Under the pieces are notes generated by a model that saw only the letters and a list, made by a program, of their open reading frames with translations, did no database searches and was not told the origin of the DNA. A stretch of 35,790 nt of DNA. Source: an uncultured Clostridia bacterium (lineage in GTDB: Bacteria; Bacillota; Clostridia; Christensenellales; CAG-917). The position numbers and the translations under genes were made by a program. This document shows, in pieces, positions 1-9,332 of this stretch (positions are counted from its first letter, which is position 1; the number at the start of each line of letters is the position of its first letter). The stretch is from NCBI GenBank assembly GCA_947629635.1, contig CANREO010000003.1:1-35790 (forward strand), written 5' to 3'.

Positions 1-1202
1 AGCGCGCTCTTTCGTCTTGCGCTCTCTCTCGCCATCCTTGCCGCTTCGCGAGCGCGCTGTGCGGTGATTGTTTTAAGCACAAGTTCCTTTGCTTCTCTGG
101 GATGTTCCTCTAGATAAGTTCCGAAGCCCTCCGTAACTCCCTTTGCGACGGCGCTCCTCATACTGCTGTTGCCGAGTTTGGTTTTGGTCTGCCCTTCGAA
201 TTGCGGCTCCGCCAACTTTACGGAAATGACTGCCGTAAGTCCCTCTCGCACGTCCTCGCCGCTCAGTTTTTCGCTGCCCTTCAATATTCCGGCTCTGCTG
301 CCGTAATCATTTATTATCTTAGTCAACGCCGCCTTAAAGCCGTCCAGATGCGTGCCGCCCTCTTCGGTATTTATATTGTTGGCAAAGGCAAGGATGGTCT
401 CCGAATAGCTGTCATTGTATTGCATCGCGACTTCTATCTCGCTATCCACATATTTTTCGTCAAAATATATGACTTCGGGGAATATTGTTTCCTTTGTCTT
501 GTTCATCTCCTCGACAAACGACACTATTCCGCCCTCATAGCAGAACGTCTCCTTTCGCTCCGGATCGCAACGATGATCGCAAATGTCGATCACAAGCCCT
601 TTGTTGAGGTAGGCAAGTTCTCTCAGCCTTGATTTCATCGTGTCGTAGTTGAATTCAAGCGTTTCGAAGATCTCGTCGTCCGGGTAGAAAGTAATGGTCG
701 TACCCGTTCCCTCCGCTTCGCCTACGACAGCGAGAGGGCGCTCCGCAATGCCTCTGTTGAAGCGAATGCGGTATAGCTTGCCGTTTTGTCTTACCTCTGC
801 CACGAGCCACTCGGAAAGCGCGTTGACGCAACTGACGCCCACTCCGTGCAATCCTCCCGAAATTTTGTAGCCTCCGCTGCCGAATTTGCCGCCCGCATGA
901 AGCTTGGTCAACACCACTTCGACTGCGCTTTTGCCCTCTTTTTCGATAATGCCCGTAGGTATGCCGCGGCCGTTATCCGTCACGCGTACCGCACCGTCGG
1001 CAAGTATTTCCACCGAAATGTGCGTACAAAAACCGGCGAGCGCTTCGTCTATGGAGTTGTCCACGACCTCTGTCACCAAATGATGCAGACCGCGCACGTC
1101 CGTTGAGCCGATGTACATGCCCGGACGCTTTCTAACGGGGTCGAGCCCTTCCAGCACCTGAATGTCGCCGGCGTCGTAACTGTGTTTCACTTCGTCTGAC
1201 AT
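1..1202 (-). CDS. gyrB: DNA gyrase subunit B, N-terminal part (runs off the window's left edge; absent from the ORF track)
   Basis: Manual translation MSDEVKHSYDAGDIQVLEGLDPVRKRPGMYIG...EVVDNSIDE...DNGRGIP...LHAGGKF...SGGLHGVGVSCVNALS...PQFEGQTKTKLGN (GHKL motifs). GGAGG RBS at 1207-1211. ParE is not fully excluded, but the origin context favours gyrB. Confidence 0.93.
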   Translation of the reverse strand, partial: MSDEVKHSYDAGDIQVLEGLDPVRKRPGMYIGSTDVRGLHHLVTEVVDNSIDEALAGFCTHISVEILADGAVRVTDNGRGIPTGIIEKEGKSAVEVVLTKLHAGGKFGSGGYKISGGLHGVGVSCVNALSEWLVAEVRQNGKLYRIRFNRGIAERPLAVVGEAEGTGTTITFYPDDEIFETLEFNYDTMKSRLRELAYLNKGLVIDICDHRCDPERKETFCYEGGIVSFVEEMNKTKETIFPEVIYFDEKYVDSEIEVAMQYNDSYSETILAFANNINTEEGGTHLDGFKAALTKIINDYGSRAGILKGSEKLSGEDVREGLTAVISVKLAEPQFEGQTKTKLGNSSMRSAVAKGVTEGFGTYLEEHPREAKELVLKTITAQRAREAARMARESARRKSA

Positions 1203-1268
1203 TTTTCCTCCAACATAAATATATACACATCAAGTATATATTCTATATACATTGTAATATTTAAACAT

Positions 1269-1297
1269 ATAGTAACACTTATATTAGGAAAAATCAA
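1269..1297 (-). promoter_or_regulatory. sigma-A promoter for gyrB
   Basis: TTGATT-17bp-TACTAT, with TG extension. Confidence 0.55.
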
Positions 1298-1372
1298 CAA
1301 AAAAATAGGGCGTCGCTCAAAAATGCGCCAAACGCCCCAAAATTTAATATTGAGTTGTCTTTGTGTTTGTCC

Positions 1373-3517
1373 CTATGCGCCGCGCTTACGCCTCAAATAA
1401 GCGCCTCTGAAGAGTTTTATCGCCACAATCGCGCACGCAGCAAGCGCCACGGAAAAAGCAAGACCTACGCAAAGACCGATGAGCGACGTCCGTTTTTGCG
1501 CAAGCTTTTCGGGGTATGTATAGTTTATAAACGCGCTCATTTCGTATTCGGCGCCGACTTCGTTGACGCGCAAAATGTCATGTTTTGCCGTCAATGCCTT
1601 AAATCTTTCAAATGCTTGCTCTTTTTCGGCAAACGTTGTGGAATCGGCCATCATTAACGCATAGTCGACATTCACTTGAAACTCTTCCACAAAGAAGCGC
1701 GTCGCGTCATCTTGCGCCAACTCGTAAGCCTCTGACAGGAGCTGCGAATATTTGCGCAAATTCTTCTTGCTCAAATAGTCCCTCTCATGGTAGGTTATCT
1801 CGTCATAAATATCCATCTCCCACGCCTTTTCCGCCTCGTTGTGCATAATATCCAGGTACTCGGCGATCTTCGGCGCCGCTTCTTTATACGTCACCTTCAA
1901 ATACTTGCCTGTCAGCTTATTTACGTCGACGTCGATGTCCCAAAGTTGTCTTGCAAGTAGATAGCTGCGCAGCCTTGCCTGTTCGTCGTTTTTCTCGCGG
2001 CTTCCCTGATGGAAGACCATATCCACGCCGTTCTCCTTATAAAACTTAAGATTTTCCTGTTGCACGGCATAATTGGGGAAAGGACAAAGCAAATGGCGGA
2101 AATTGACCGTATAATCCCAAATTGCGATATGTTTGCTTATTTTTGACCAGCCCTCTACCATTTTTTTGGCTTGAGCAGAGTTCATAAACCCATATTTAGA
2201 CGAATGCAATTGCGAGGAGCTCAGCGGCGCTATGGTTATGCTGACGTTGTCTCTGAGCGTTATATTGCGAGGCACGACTTTGGTGTAAAAATACGCAAGC
2301 GTGCATATGCGCTTGTCGGGATGCCGACTTGCGATCTCGTTTATGATCTCAAGCATCACGCCGGCGTGTGAGCCGTATTTCAAAAATTTTGCCGTACATT
2401 GTGAGCATTCGCAATGCATTCTGCTGTCATTTATGGAAAAATCCCAATAGATAGCGTCGGGATATTGTTCCATAAGTTCGGACATGCCATTGTCAATGAT
2501 ATCCACGATGTCGGGATTCGACAGGCACAGCTGACCCGGAAGCCCGTTATATTCCGTACGTCGTTTGCCGGCGATCAACGAATAATATTCGGGGTGAGTA
2601 TCGAAATACTTTTCTGGCGGCACAAACGTATAGACGCTGTGGCACCAAGTCCCCCACTGCGCGTTGCCGTCGTTCAGTCCGCTGCCTTTATCCGTAAAGA
2701 TGTAATCGCCGGTCCCGTTGGATTTTATACGTCTACTCCAATTTAGCTTTGTTACGGGGACTTCTTTGCTTACGAAATCGTTAACTTCGTATTGATATAT
2801 TCTGCGCCAGGCAAAGTCCGGGTTGTCCACTCTGCCGCCGTCGGCCGGAAGGCATATCGTCCTCATTTTGGGGATGTAGTCGTACTTTGCCTCTTCACGC
2901 ACAAACATGCAACCGAGGTCGTTTTCCAAGAAGCAATATATGCCGTTTGCAGTGCCCGACGTGCCGTCGTTGGAAACCTCTTTTCCAAGTTCTTCATATA
3001 CAGTTGTACGTTTTTGTCCGCAAATGTATATATTTCCTCCGCCGTACATCAGCCTGTATCCGTCGTCCTTGACCTCTTCTAACAGTTTGTCCGCTTGTTC
3101 TCCGCTTGTGGGCACGTCGTTAAGCACGATCATCGGCGAACTCGACGCTTCGCTTATTATCTCAAATCCGTCTGCGTCGCCCACTTCATCTATACTTTTG
3201 CCGCTGACCATCTGTCTGAGCACACTCTGCATATAGATGGCGTCCGCCTCCAATGATTCGGCGTACTCGGGTCTCAACAGTATTTTAAAGTCGGAGACTC
3301 CGTCGCGAGCAAGATAGATCCCTCCTTCCTTGTCGGCGGCCATCTCCGAGACAAATTTCTCCTCGTCCCAATCGTCCAAATGCTCGCCGATCGCAATTTT
3401 ATACATATTTGTTTTTATGAGAGTATAACAGCAAGCAAGTACTATACCAAGCGCCGCGATAAACGCGACAAGCGCGATGAGAAATATTTTAAGCTGCTTT
3501 TTTGCTTTCTCAGACAT
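1373..3517 (-). CDS. DUF4838-like putative glycoside hydrolase with N- and C-terminal TM anchors
   Basis: HSVYTFVPPEKYFDTHPEYYSL...QLCLSNP, TLAY, IWDY...PFPN and YLLARQLWD are typical of DUF4838 proteins. Start moved to MSEK at 3517 because the upstream ATG (3550) overlaps a -10 box. Confidence 0.75.
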   Translation of the reverse strand: MSEKAKKQLKIFLIALVAFIAALGIVLACCYTLIKTNMYKIAIGEHLDDWDEEKFVSEMAADKEGGIYLARDGVSDFKILLRPEYAESLEADAIYMQSVLRQMVSGKSIDEVGDADGFEIISEASSSPMIVLNDVPTSGEQADKLLEEVKDDGYRLMYGGGNIYICGQKRTTVYEELGKEVSNDGTSGTANGIYCFLENDLGCMFVREEAKYDYIPKMRTICLPADGGRVDNPDFAWRRIYQYEVNDFVSKEVPVTKLNWSRRIKSNGTGDYIFTDKGSGLNDGNAQWGTWCHSVYTFVPPEKYFDTHPEYYSLIAGKRRTEYNGLPGQLCLSNPDIVDIIDNGMSELMEQYPDAIYWDFSINDSRMHCECSQCTAKFLKYGSHAGVMLEIINEIASRHPDKRICTLAYFYTKVVPRNITLRDNVSITIAPLSSSQLHSSKYGFMNSAQAKKMVEGWSKISKHIAIWDYTVNFRHLLCPFPNYAVQQENLKFYKENGVDMVFHQGSREKNDEQARLRSYLLARQLWDIDVDVNKLTGKYLKVTYKEAAPKIAEYLDIMHNEAEKAWEMDIYDEITYHERDYLSKKNLRKYSQLLSEAYELAQDDATRFFVEEFQVNVDYALMMADSTTFAEKEQAFERFKALTAKHDILRVNEVGAEYEMSAFINYTYPEKLAQKRTSLIGLCVGLAFSVALAACAIVAIKLFRGAYLRRKRGA

Positions 3518-3548
3518 TCGACCGCCCCCCCGAATTTTTAACGCGCTC

Positions 3549-3577
3549 ATTATATCATATATACAGAATAATGTAAA
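3549..3577 (-). promoter_or_regulatory. sigma-A promoter for the DUF4838 gene
   Basis: TTTACA-17bp-TATAAT, with TG extension. Confidence 0.6.
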
Positions 3578-3937
3578 TATTTAGTTGCTATTGGCAGCTT
3601 TTGATCGGCCTTTTGCGTAGAAGGCAGAAATTCGCACGCCATTAAGTGTACGCGCATGACGATTATAAACGTTGAGCATTAGAAAAACTCTCGTAATTTG
3701 TTTACAATTAAACTTATTTCAGTCGTCTGCAATATATTGCGCCGCAGCGTGCAGGTCTCTCGTCACCGGCCATGCAAAAATACACAAAAAAACAAGATGC
3801 GAAACGTGTGAAACTCCCGTTTTTCAAGCCGCGGAAAAATTTGGGTGAAAGACCCCTATAATTTTACATGGAGTAAACGCAAAACTTTCCGCATCATCCC
3901 TAAAAAGCCCACTGTTTAGTGGCATTTTAGCACAATT

Positions 3938-3953
3938 TGTTTTACATGAAACA
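3938..3953. promoter_or_regulatory. parS site (degenerate)
   Basis: TGTTTTACATGAAACA; 2 mismatches to TGTTTCACGTGAAACA. Confidence 0.7.
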
Positions 3954-3970
3954 ATCCCGAATTTTTTCAT

Positions 3971-3986
3971 TGTTTCACGTGAAACA
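3971..3986. promoter_or_regulatory. parS site (perfect palindrome)
   Basis: TGTTTCACGTGAAACA, about 2.5 kb from parAB. Confidence 0.95.
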
Positions 3987-4244
3987 TAGATTTTTCATTG
4001 CGAATTGCCCAATATGGGAAATAATTAACGATGTACACAAGTTCGAGACGATCAAACGCATATCGGCTATTTTCCATGTCGATGCCAGGGTGATAAACTT
4101 GCAAAAATATTAACGCCACCGTAAAATGTATGTCCAAAACAACAAACGCTCGCCGGTTTTTTACCAACGAAAAAATCAAGTGCGGCTCATCGCGCAAAAA
4201 ACACGGCCTCTCCTAATTATTATCTTTATATAATTCGAGTGCTT

Positions 4245-4260
4245 TGTTTCATGTGAAACA
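4245..4260. promoter_or_regulatory. parS site
   Basis: TGTTTCATGTGAAACA; 1 mismatch. Confidence 0.85.
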
Positions 4261-4744
4261 TTTTTGCACATTATAATGATCATATGCAAAATAAATTGAG
4301 TTCGATAACATGGCTGATATGGCGCACAATCATTAATGTAAACAGAAAATAAATGTATAGGGACGGCGTTTTTAAATGTTGTAAGTTGGCAGTAGTTTCT
4401 CCATTTGATATGTTTTTGGCAAATTAGATTGCCGAATTTCTAAAATTTGTAACACAAATAAAGTTTAGCCTCTCAGCCAATTATTGCTTAATATTGCGAC
4501 CCGTTTTAAAAACTATGAGTTTTTTTACATCATCCATCACACAACATTGATACAACGTTTCGATTAAACTGTTAACGCGTAAAAACCATTACATGAAAAC
4601 GTAACGTATGGTTGCGCGTCAAAACATCCAATTTATCGACAAGACAATGGAATTATAAGCTAAAAGGATTTGCGCTCATGTGTTTGTAAAAATAGGCCGT
4701 TTTATAGATCTGACAATGTTTTAGTCTATAAATTTGTTTACAAC

Positions 4745-5467
4745 TTAACTATTTTTGACGGGAGGCAATGTTCCGACATTGTCCGTGGCTGCCGCCAGGA
4801 TGTCGGGCATAATTTCTTCGTACTTTGTAAGCCCTTTTGAAACCGCTTGCACAAAACAATCTTTGGCGTTGCCGTCCGCGCTATCGGAAACCACCTTTAC
4901 GGAAAGTAACGGGATGGAGTTGCGCTCGCAAGCAATGGCAAGGCCCGCAAGTTCCATGTCGCAAATGTCGCAATCCATAGCTCTGAGGGCCTTCTTTTGC
5001 TCGTCAGATCCTATAAAAACATCGCCGCTTGCTACGCTCACTCTTTTCAAGGGACGTTTTGTTGCCGCCAGTACAAGAGTGATAAACCGCTCGTTCAAAT
5101 AAAAATATTCATCACTCTTACCGTCGTACTGTCCGCGCTTTGCTCCGTCGATGAGGGAAGTGTCAAATTGATAGTGGCACACTCTGGATGCAAGCACGAG
5201 TTCACCTACGCCGAGGGAGGGGCGCAACGCGCCCGCAAAACCGAAATTGACAACCGCTTCCACGTCAAAAAGGTCCTTCAGCAGTTGCACCGCCATTGCC
5301 GCTCTTATTTCTCCGACGCCGCCGGTGGCAAGATATACGAGATGCTCTCCAATGGCAAACTTGCACACGCGTACGCCGCTTATAAAGCTTTCCGCCTCCA
5401 AATTGCCAAGTTTTTCGTAAACGGGCATGGTTTCTTCCGCCATAGCCGTAATAATGCCGATCCTCAT
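4745..5467 (-). CDS. mtnN: 5'-methylthioadenosine/S-adenosylhomocysteine nucleosidase
   Basis: MRIGIITAMAEE, GGVG, VVNFGFAGAL, ASGDVFI, DMELAGLA and VVSDSAD motifs. AGGAGG RBS before the ATG at 5467. Confidence 0.88.
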   Translation of the reverse strand: MRIGIITAMAEETMPVYEKLGNLEAESFISGVRVCKFAIGEHLVYLATGGVGEIRAAMAVQLLKDLFDVEAVVNFGFAGALRPSLGVGELVLASRVCHYQFDTSLIDGAKRGQYDGKSDEYFYLNERFITLVLAATKRPLKRVSVASGDVFIGSDEQKKALRAMDCDICDMELAGLAIACERNSIPLLSVKVVSDSADGNAKDCFVQAVSKGLTKYEEIMPDILAAATDNVGTLPPVKNS

Positions 5468-5483
5468 AAGCGCCTCCTTTTTT

Positions 5484-5512
5484 ATTGTATCACATGGGGC
5501 TGTAATATTCAA
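5484..5512 (-). promoter_or_regulatory. sigma-A promoter for mtnN
   Basis: TTGAAT-17bp-TACAAT, with TGTG extension. Confidence 0.7.
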
Positions 5513-5532
5513 GATACGCTTACTCAAATTTG

Positions 5533-5561
5533 TTGCTTTATATTATTGCAAATGCTAAAAT
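5533..5561 (+). promoter_or_regulatory. sigma-A promoter for rsmG (leaderless geometry)
   Basis: TTGCTT-17bp-TAAAAT with TG extension; 6 nt to ATG; no SD. Confidence 0.7.
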
Positions 5562-5567
5562 TTAATT

Positions 5568-6263
5568 ATGGACGCAAAAAATCTCGCTCTGCTAAAAGAC
5601 ACCGCCGCCGATCTGGGCATAAGCCTCGACAAAACGCAACTTGCAAAGTTCGAGGCCTATTATAGCGCGGTCACAGAGAGCAATAAATCGTTCAATCTCA
5701 CATCTATAGTGGATGAAAGGGAGTTTGTAATAAAACATTTTATAGATTCGTTGACGGGGTATGAATATATAAAAGAGCAAGGCTCTCTCATAGATATTGG
5801 CAGCGGCGCCGGATTTCCGGCCATACCGCTTGCAATCGCCGGAGTCAAAAGAGTCGTCGCGCTCGATTCCACTATGAAAAAGGTGAATTTTATTAATTCC
5901 GCGTGCTGCGCGTTGAATATTGCCAACGTCAAAGCGATTTGCGGCAGGGCAGAGGAATCAAGAGCGTATTTTGAACAATTTGACGTTGTGACGGGAAGAG
6001 CCGTCGCCTCTCTTTCCACGCTGATGGAACTTGCCGCGCCCTTTTTGAAGGTGCACGGTCTTTTTGTCGCATACAGAACGGACGGCTCTGAGGCGGCCGC
6101 CGCAGTGCACGCCATGCAAGAACTTAACATGCGCTTGGTAAAGGCGCATGACTTGACGCTTCCCAACGGCGATCCGCGCGCAATAATCGTATATGAAAAG
6201 TTAGCTCCCACTCCGAAAAAATATCCCAGAGCCTGGGGCGCAATAAAGCGTAATCCTCTATAG
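5568..6263 (+). CDS. rsmG: 16S rRNA m7G527 methyltransferase
   Basis: NLTSI...KHFIDSL, DIGSGAGFPAIPLAI, RAV, TPKKYPR; lies upstream of parAB. Confidence 0.95.
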   Translation: MDAKNLALLKDTAADLGISLDKTQLAKFEAYYSAVTESNKSFNLTSIVDEREFVIKHFIDSLTGYEYIKEQGSLIDIGSGAGFPAIPLAIAGVKRVVALDSTMKKVNFINSACCALNIANVKAICGRAEESRAYFEQFDVVTGRAVASLSTLMELAAPFLKVHGLFVAYRTDGSEAAAAVHAMQELNMRLVKAHDLTLPNGDPRAIIVYEKLAPTPKKYPRAWGAIKRNPL

Positions 6264-6377
6264 TTATCATGGACAATTTGCACAAAAAGGGCGTATTATT
6301 CTTAAAATTTTAAAACCCGATCAGCGATCCTCCGATGATTTTTGTTTATCTGACAATACAATTTATACAATTTGTGT

Positions 6378-6403
6378 TTTGTGAAACATTTTTGTGAAAC
6401 ATT
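6378..6403 (+). repeat. 13-bp tandem repeat (TTTGTGAAACATT x2) containing parS half-sites
   Basis: Read directly; ends 1 bp before the parA -35 box. Confidence 0.75.
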
Positions 6404-6404
6404 G

Positions 6405-6433
6405 TTGATAAAAATTTTACTATGTGCTAAAAT
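6405..6433 (+). promoter_or_regulatory. sigma-A promoter for parAB (leaderless geometry)
   Basis: TTGATA-17bp-TAAAAT with TGTG extension; 6 nt to ATG; no SD. Confidence 0.75.
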
Positions 6434-6439
6434 TTTGCT

Positions 6440-7207
6440 ATGGCAAAAATCATTTCATTTGCAAATCAAAAGGGCGGAGTGGGCAAGACAACGACTTGCG
6501 TAAATCTTGCCGCTTACATCGCCGCCCTCGGCAAGCGCGTGCTAGTTGTGGATTTCGACCCTCAAGGCAACGCCTCGAGTGCGCTGGGCCTTTTCGATAA
6601 AAAGGCAAAAAACAGCATATATGACGTCATTTGCGACGATTCCGACACGACAAGCGCTGTCCGCGCCGCGGAAGTGAACGGGCTGTTTTTTATTCCGTCA
6701 TCCGACGATCTTGCCGGCGCGGAACTGGAGCTCAGTCAAATCGTCATCGGACGAGAACGGGTGCTTGCCGAAAAGTTGGAACTTCTTAAGGACAATTTCG
6801 ATTACATCTTTATTGACTGTCCGCCCTCCCTCGGGCTGTTGACGGTCAACGCGCTGACCGCTTCAGACGGCGTGATAGTGCCCATACAATGCGAGTATTT
6901 TGCGCTTGAGGGACTGAGTCAGATGATGAATACCGTGCGTCTGGTCAAAAAGCATCTCAATCCGACTCTCGAAGTGCACGGAGTTGTGCTGACCATGTAT
7001 GACAGCCGCGCAAAACTTTCTCGGGGCGTGTTGGAAGAGATCGTAAAATTTTTCGGGGACAGGGTGTATGACGCCAAAATCCCTCGCAACATACGCTTGG
7101 CGGAAGCGCCGAGCTACGGGAAGCCGGTGTTGCTGTATGACAAAAGGTGCGCGGGCGCTATGGCTTACGCCGCGCTTGCAAAAGAGTTTTTAAATAAGGA
7201 GGCATAA
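6440..7207 (+). CDS. parA: ParA/Soj chromosome partitioning ATPase
   Basis: NQKGGVGKTT, DFDPQGNAS, IDCPPSLG, QCEYFALEG, IPRNIRLAEAPSYG. Confidence 0.97.
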   Translation: MAKIISFANQKGGVGKTTTCVNLAAYIAALGKRVLVVDFDPQGNASSALGLFDKKAKNSIYDVICDDSDTTSAVRAAEVNGLFFIPSSDDLAGAELELSQIVIGRERVLAEKLELLKDNFDYIFIDCPPSLGLLTVNALTASDGVIVPIQCEYFALEGLSQMMNTVRLVKKHLNPTLEVHGVVLTMYDSRAKLSRGVLEEIVKFFGDRVYDAKIPRNIRLAEAPSYGKPVLLYDKRCAGAMAYAALAKEFLNKEA

Positions 7208-7208
7208 T

Positions 7209-8105
7209 ATGGCAAACTCCCGAGGCGGACTCGGAAAGGGCTTAAACGCGCTTTTCAACGACAACGAAACAAATATTTCGGTGGAACTCTCCGAAGATCT
7301 TCCCGTACAAGAGGTTGAGATTTCTCAAATCGACCGCAACCCGAATCAACCCAGAAAGACCTTCAATGAGGAAAGTTTGAGAGAAATGGCGTCCTCTATT
7401 GCCACATACGGCGTGCTACAACCGCTGTTGCTGGTCAAAACGGAAGGCGATCGCTATCTCATCATCGCGGGCGAGCGCCGCTATCGTGCAAGTTTGTTGG
7501 CCGGGCTGAAGCGCGTGCCGGCGATCATACGCGATTTTACTACACAACAAATTCAGGAAATATCCTTGATCGAAAATTTGCACCGCGAGGACTTAAACGC
7601 CATAGAGGCTGCCGAAGGCATGCGCGAGCTTATGGAAAATCATGGCCTTACACAAGAAGAAGTTGCGATAAGGATAGGAAAATCGCGTCCATACGTCACA
7701 AACACTTTGCGTCTTTTGCAATTGCCGAAAGAGGTCACCGCGATGGTTCGCGACGGGTCTCTTTCGCCCGGTCATGCCAGGACGCTTATCTCAATAGATG
7801 ACAAAGAATATCTCATCTCTCTTGCAAAACAGGCATGCCAAAAGAAAATGTCCGTGCGCGAGTTGGAAAACAGCGTCAGACTTTATTTCATTCGCAAAAA
7901 CATTCCGCAAGGGCCGAAAGATCAACAAATCATGCCTCTTGAGTTGAGAGAGCTTGTCAACGATATGAAGAGAGTATTTGCGACAAAGGTCAAAGTGAAG
8001 GGGACAAAAAACTTGGGGCGCTTCACTATAGACTACTTTTCGGAAGACGACCTAAACCGTATACACGATCTTATAGAACTGCTTAAGGGATATAAAAATT
8101 ATTGA
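7209..8105 (+). CDS. parB: ParB/Spo0J partition protein
   Basis: GLGKGLNALF N-terminal peptide, NPNQPRK, GERRYRA arginine patch, ENLHREDL, HTH. Confidence 0.97.
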   Translation: MANSRGGLGKGLNALFNDNETNISVELSEDLPVQEVEISQIDRNPNQPRKTFNEESLREMASSIATYGVLQPLLLVKTEGDRYLIIAGERRYRASLLAGLKRVPAIIRDFTTQQIQEISLIENLHREDLNAIEAAEGMRELMENHGLTQEEVAIRIGKSRPYVTNTLRLLQLPKEVTAMVRDGSLSPGHARTLISIDDKEYLISLAKQACQKKMSVRELENSVRLYFIRKNIPQGPKDQQIMPLELRELVNDMKRVFATKVKVKGTKNLGRFTIDYFSEDDLNRIHDLIELLKGYKNY

Positions 8106-8110
8106 TAATA

Positions 8111-8150
8111 AAAATAAGGGTCATCGCGTTGCGACGATCCTTATTTTTTT
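8111..8150. terminator. bidirectional intrinsic terminator between parB and recF
   Basis: AAAATAAGG-GTCATCGC-GTT-GCGACGAT-CCTTATTTT hairpin between convergent genes. Confidence 0.75.
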
Positions 8151-9226
8151 ACGCTTCCGTTTTCTATCTTAAACTTTGTTGCCGGCACGTTCAACAAAAA
8201 TTCGGTGCAGGTGAGTAAGGTTTGAAAACCTGTCGTCATTTCAAGCAACGTCCTTTGCCTCGTCTCGTCAAGTTCACTCAGCACGTCGTCCAATAAGAGC
8301 ACAGGGGGTTCGCCGATCTCGTTTTTGTAAATCAACACCTCGCCCAACTTCATTGCAAGCGCGACGGTCCGCTGTTGTCCCTGAGATGCGAATTTGCGAC
8401 TGTCCTTTCCGTCTATCTCTATCCTTATATCGTCTCTATGCGGCCCGACGGTGCAAAATCCCAATTCCTTATCTTTTTGTCTTGCTTCTTTCAATGCCGA
8501 AAGCAAGCGTCTCTCGATATCCGATTCATCGCCTTCGCAATCTATCGAACATTCATATTCAAGCGTAAGCTTTTCCTTTTGTCTGCTGATCGCCGCATGA
8601 AAACGCGCGGCCGCGTCCAACAGCGTAGCTACATATTGCGTGCGCTTTTTTATAATGACCGCTCCCTCTTTGGCAAGGCCGACATCCCACACGTCAAGCA
8701 TATCGTCGATGTTTGAACTTTTGTGCTCTTTAAGCAGATTATTTTTCTGTTTCAGGGTTTTATTGTATCGTTGCAATGCGGTAAAGTAGCTTTTCTGTTG
8801 TTGACTTATGCCGACATCCATAAATTTTCTTCTCTCCTGAGGCGCCTCTTTGACAAGTTTCATTTCGTCGGGAGAAAAGAATACTACGCCCAAAAGTCCA
8901 AGCATTTCGCCGGCTCTGTTTACGGGGATCCCGTTGACGGCTACTCTTTTTTTGCCTTGAGAGTCAATTTGAATGTTGATCGTATGACGTCTGTATTTTT
9001 TTTCCAACACAAGTTTTACGGTCGCATTGTCGGCGCCGAGGCGAACAAGTTCTTTATCCTTCGAAGTGCGAGGGCTGTGAAAAACCGAGCAAACGTATAT
9101 GCTTTCAAGCATGTTGGTTTTGCCGCTTGCGTTTTTTCCGTACAAAACATTCAGCCCCTCTCCGAGATTGACGGATGCAGAGGCATAATTTCGGAAATTT
9201 TTCAGCTCGAGAGATATAATCCTCAT
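8141..9226 (-). CDS. recF: DNA replication/repair protein RecF
   Basis: NFRNY, GKNASGKTN, GPHRDD, ASQGQQRT, LLLDDVLSELD; start set at MRIISL. Confidence 0.96.
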   Translation of the reverse strand: MRIISLELKNFRNYASASVNLGEGLNVLYGKNASGKTNMLESIYVCSVFHSPRTSKDKELVRLGADNATVKLVLEKKYRRHTINIQIDSQGKKRVAVNGIPVNRAGEMLGLLGVVFFSPDEMKLVKEAPQERRKFMDVGISQQQKSYFTALQRYNKTLKQKNNLLKEHKSSNIDDMLDVWDVGLAKEGAVIIKKRTQYVATLLDAAARFHAAISRQKEKLTLEYECSIDCEGDESDIERRLLSALKEARQKDKELGFCTVGPHRDDIRIEIDGKDSRKFASQGQQRTVALAMKLGEVLIYKNEIGEPPVLLLDDVLSELDETRQRTLLEMTTGFQTLLTCTEFLLNVPATKFKIENGSVKK

Positions 9227-9234
9227 ACACAAGC

Positions 9235-9263
9235 AGTATATCAAAGCGACGATTTTTTTTCAA
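9235..9263 (-). promoter_or_regulatory. sigma-A promoter for recF (leaderless or near-leaderless)
   Basis: TTGAAA-17bp-TATACT with TG extension; 8 nt to ATG; no SD. Confidence 0.7.
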
Positions 9264-9297
9264 CATCTTGTGTTTGATTTTTTTTTTGATTTTTTGC

Positions 9298-9325
9298 TTG
9301 AAATATTTATTTATTTTGCTATAAT
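9298..9325 (+). promoter_or_regulatory. sigma-A promoter for dnaA (leaderless geometry)
   Basis: TTGAAA-16bp-TATAAT with TG extension; 7 nt to ATG; no SD. Confidence 0.7.
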
Positions 9326-9332
9326 TCTACAC

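Noticed and set aside
201-1106. Plus-strand ORFs 201-632 and 786-1106
   Set aside because: Antisense shadows of gyrB with no recognisable motifs.
1260-1275. NrdR-box-like AAACATATAGT upstream of gyrB
   Set aside because: Lacks the conserved C and lies in very AT-rich sequence; likely chance.
3967-4197. 76-aa minus-strand ORF ending MFHVKQ
   Set aside because: MFHVKQ is just the translation of the parS palindrome; TTG start and no RBS.
9270-9332. N-terminal extension of DnaA (MFDFFFDFLL...)
   Set aside because: It is the translated T-rich promoter region; homology starts at MANIEELW.
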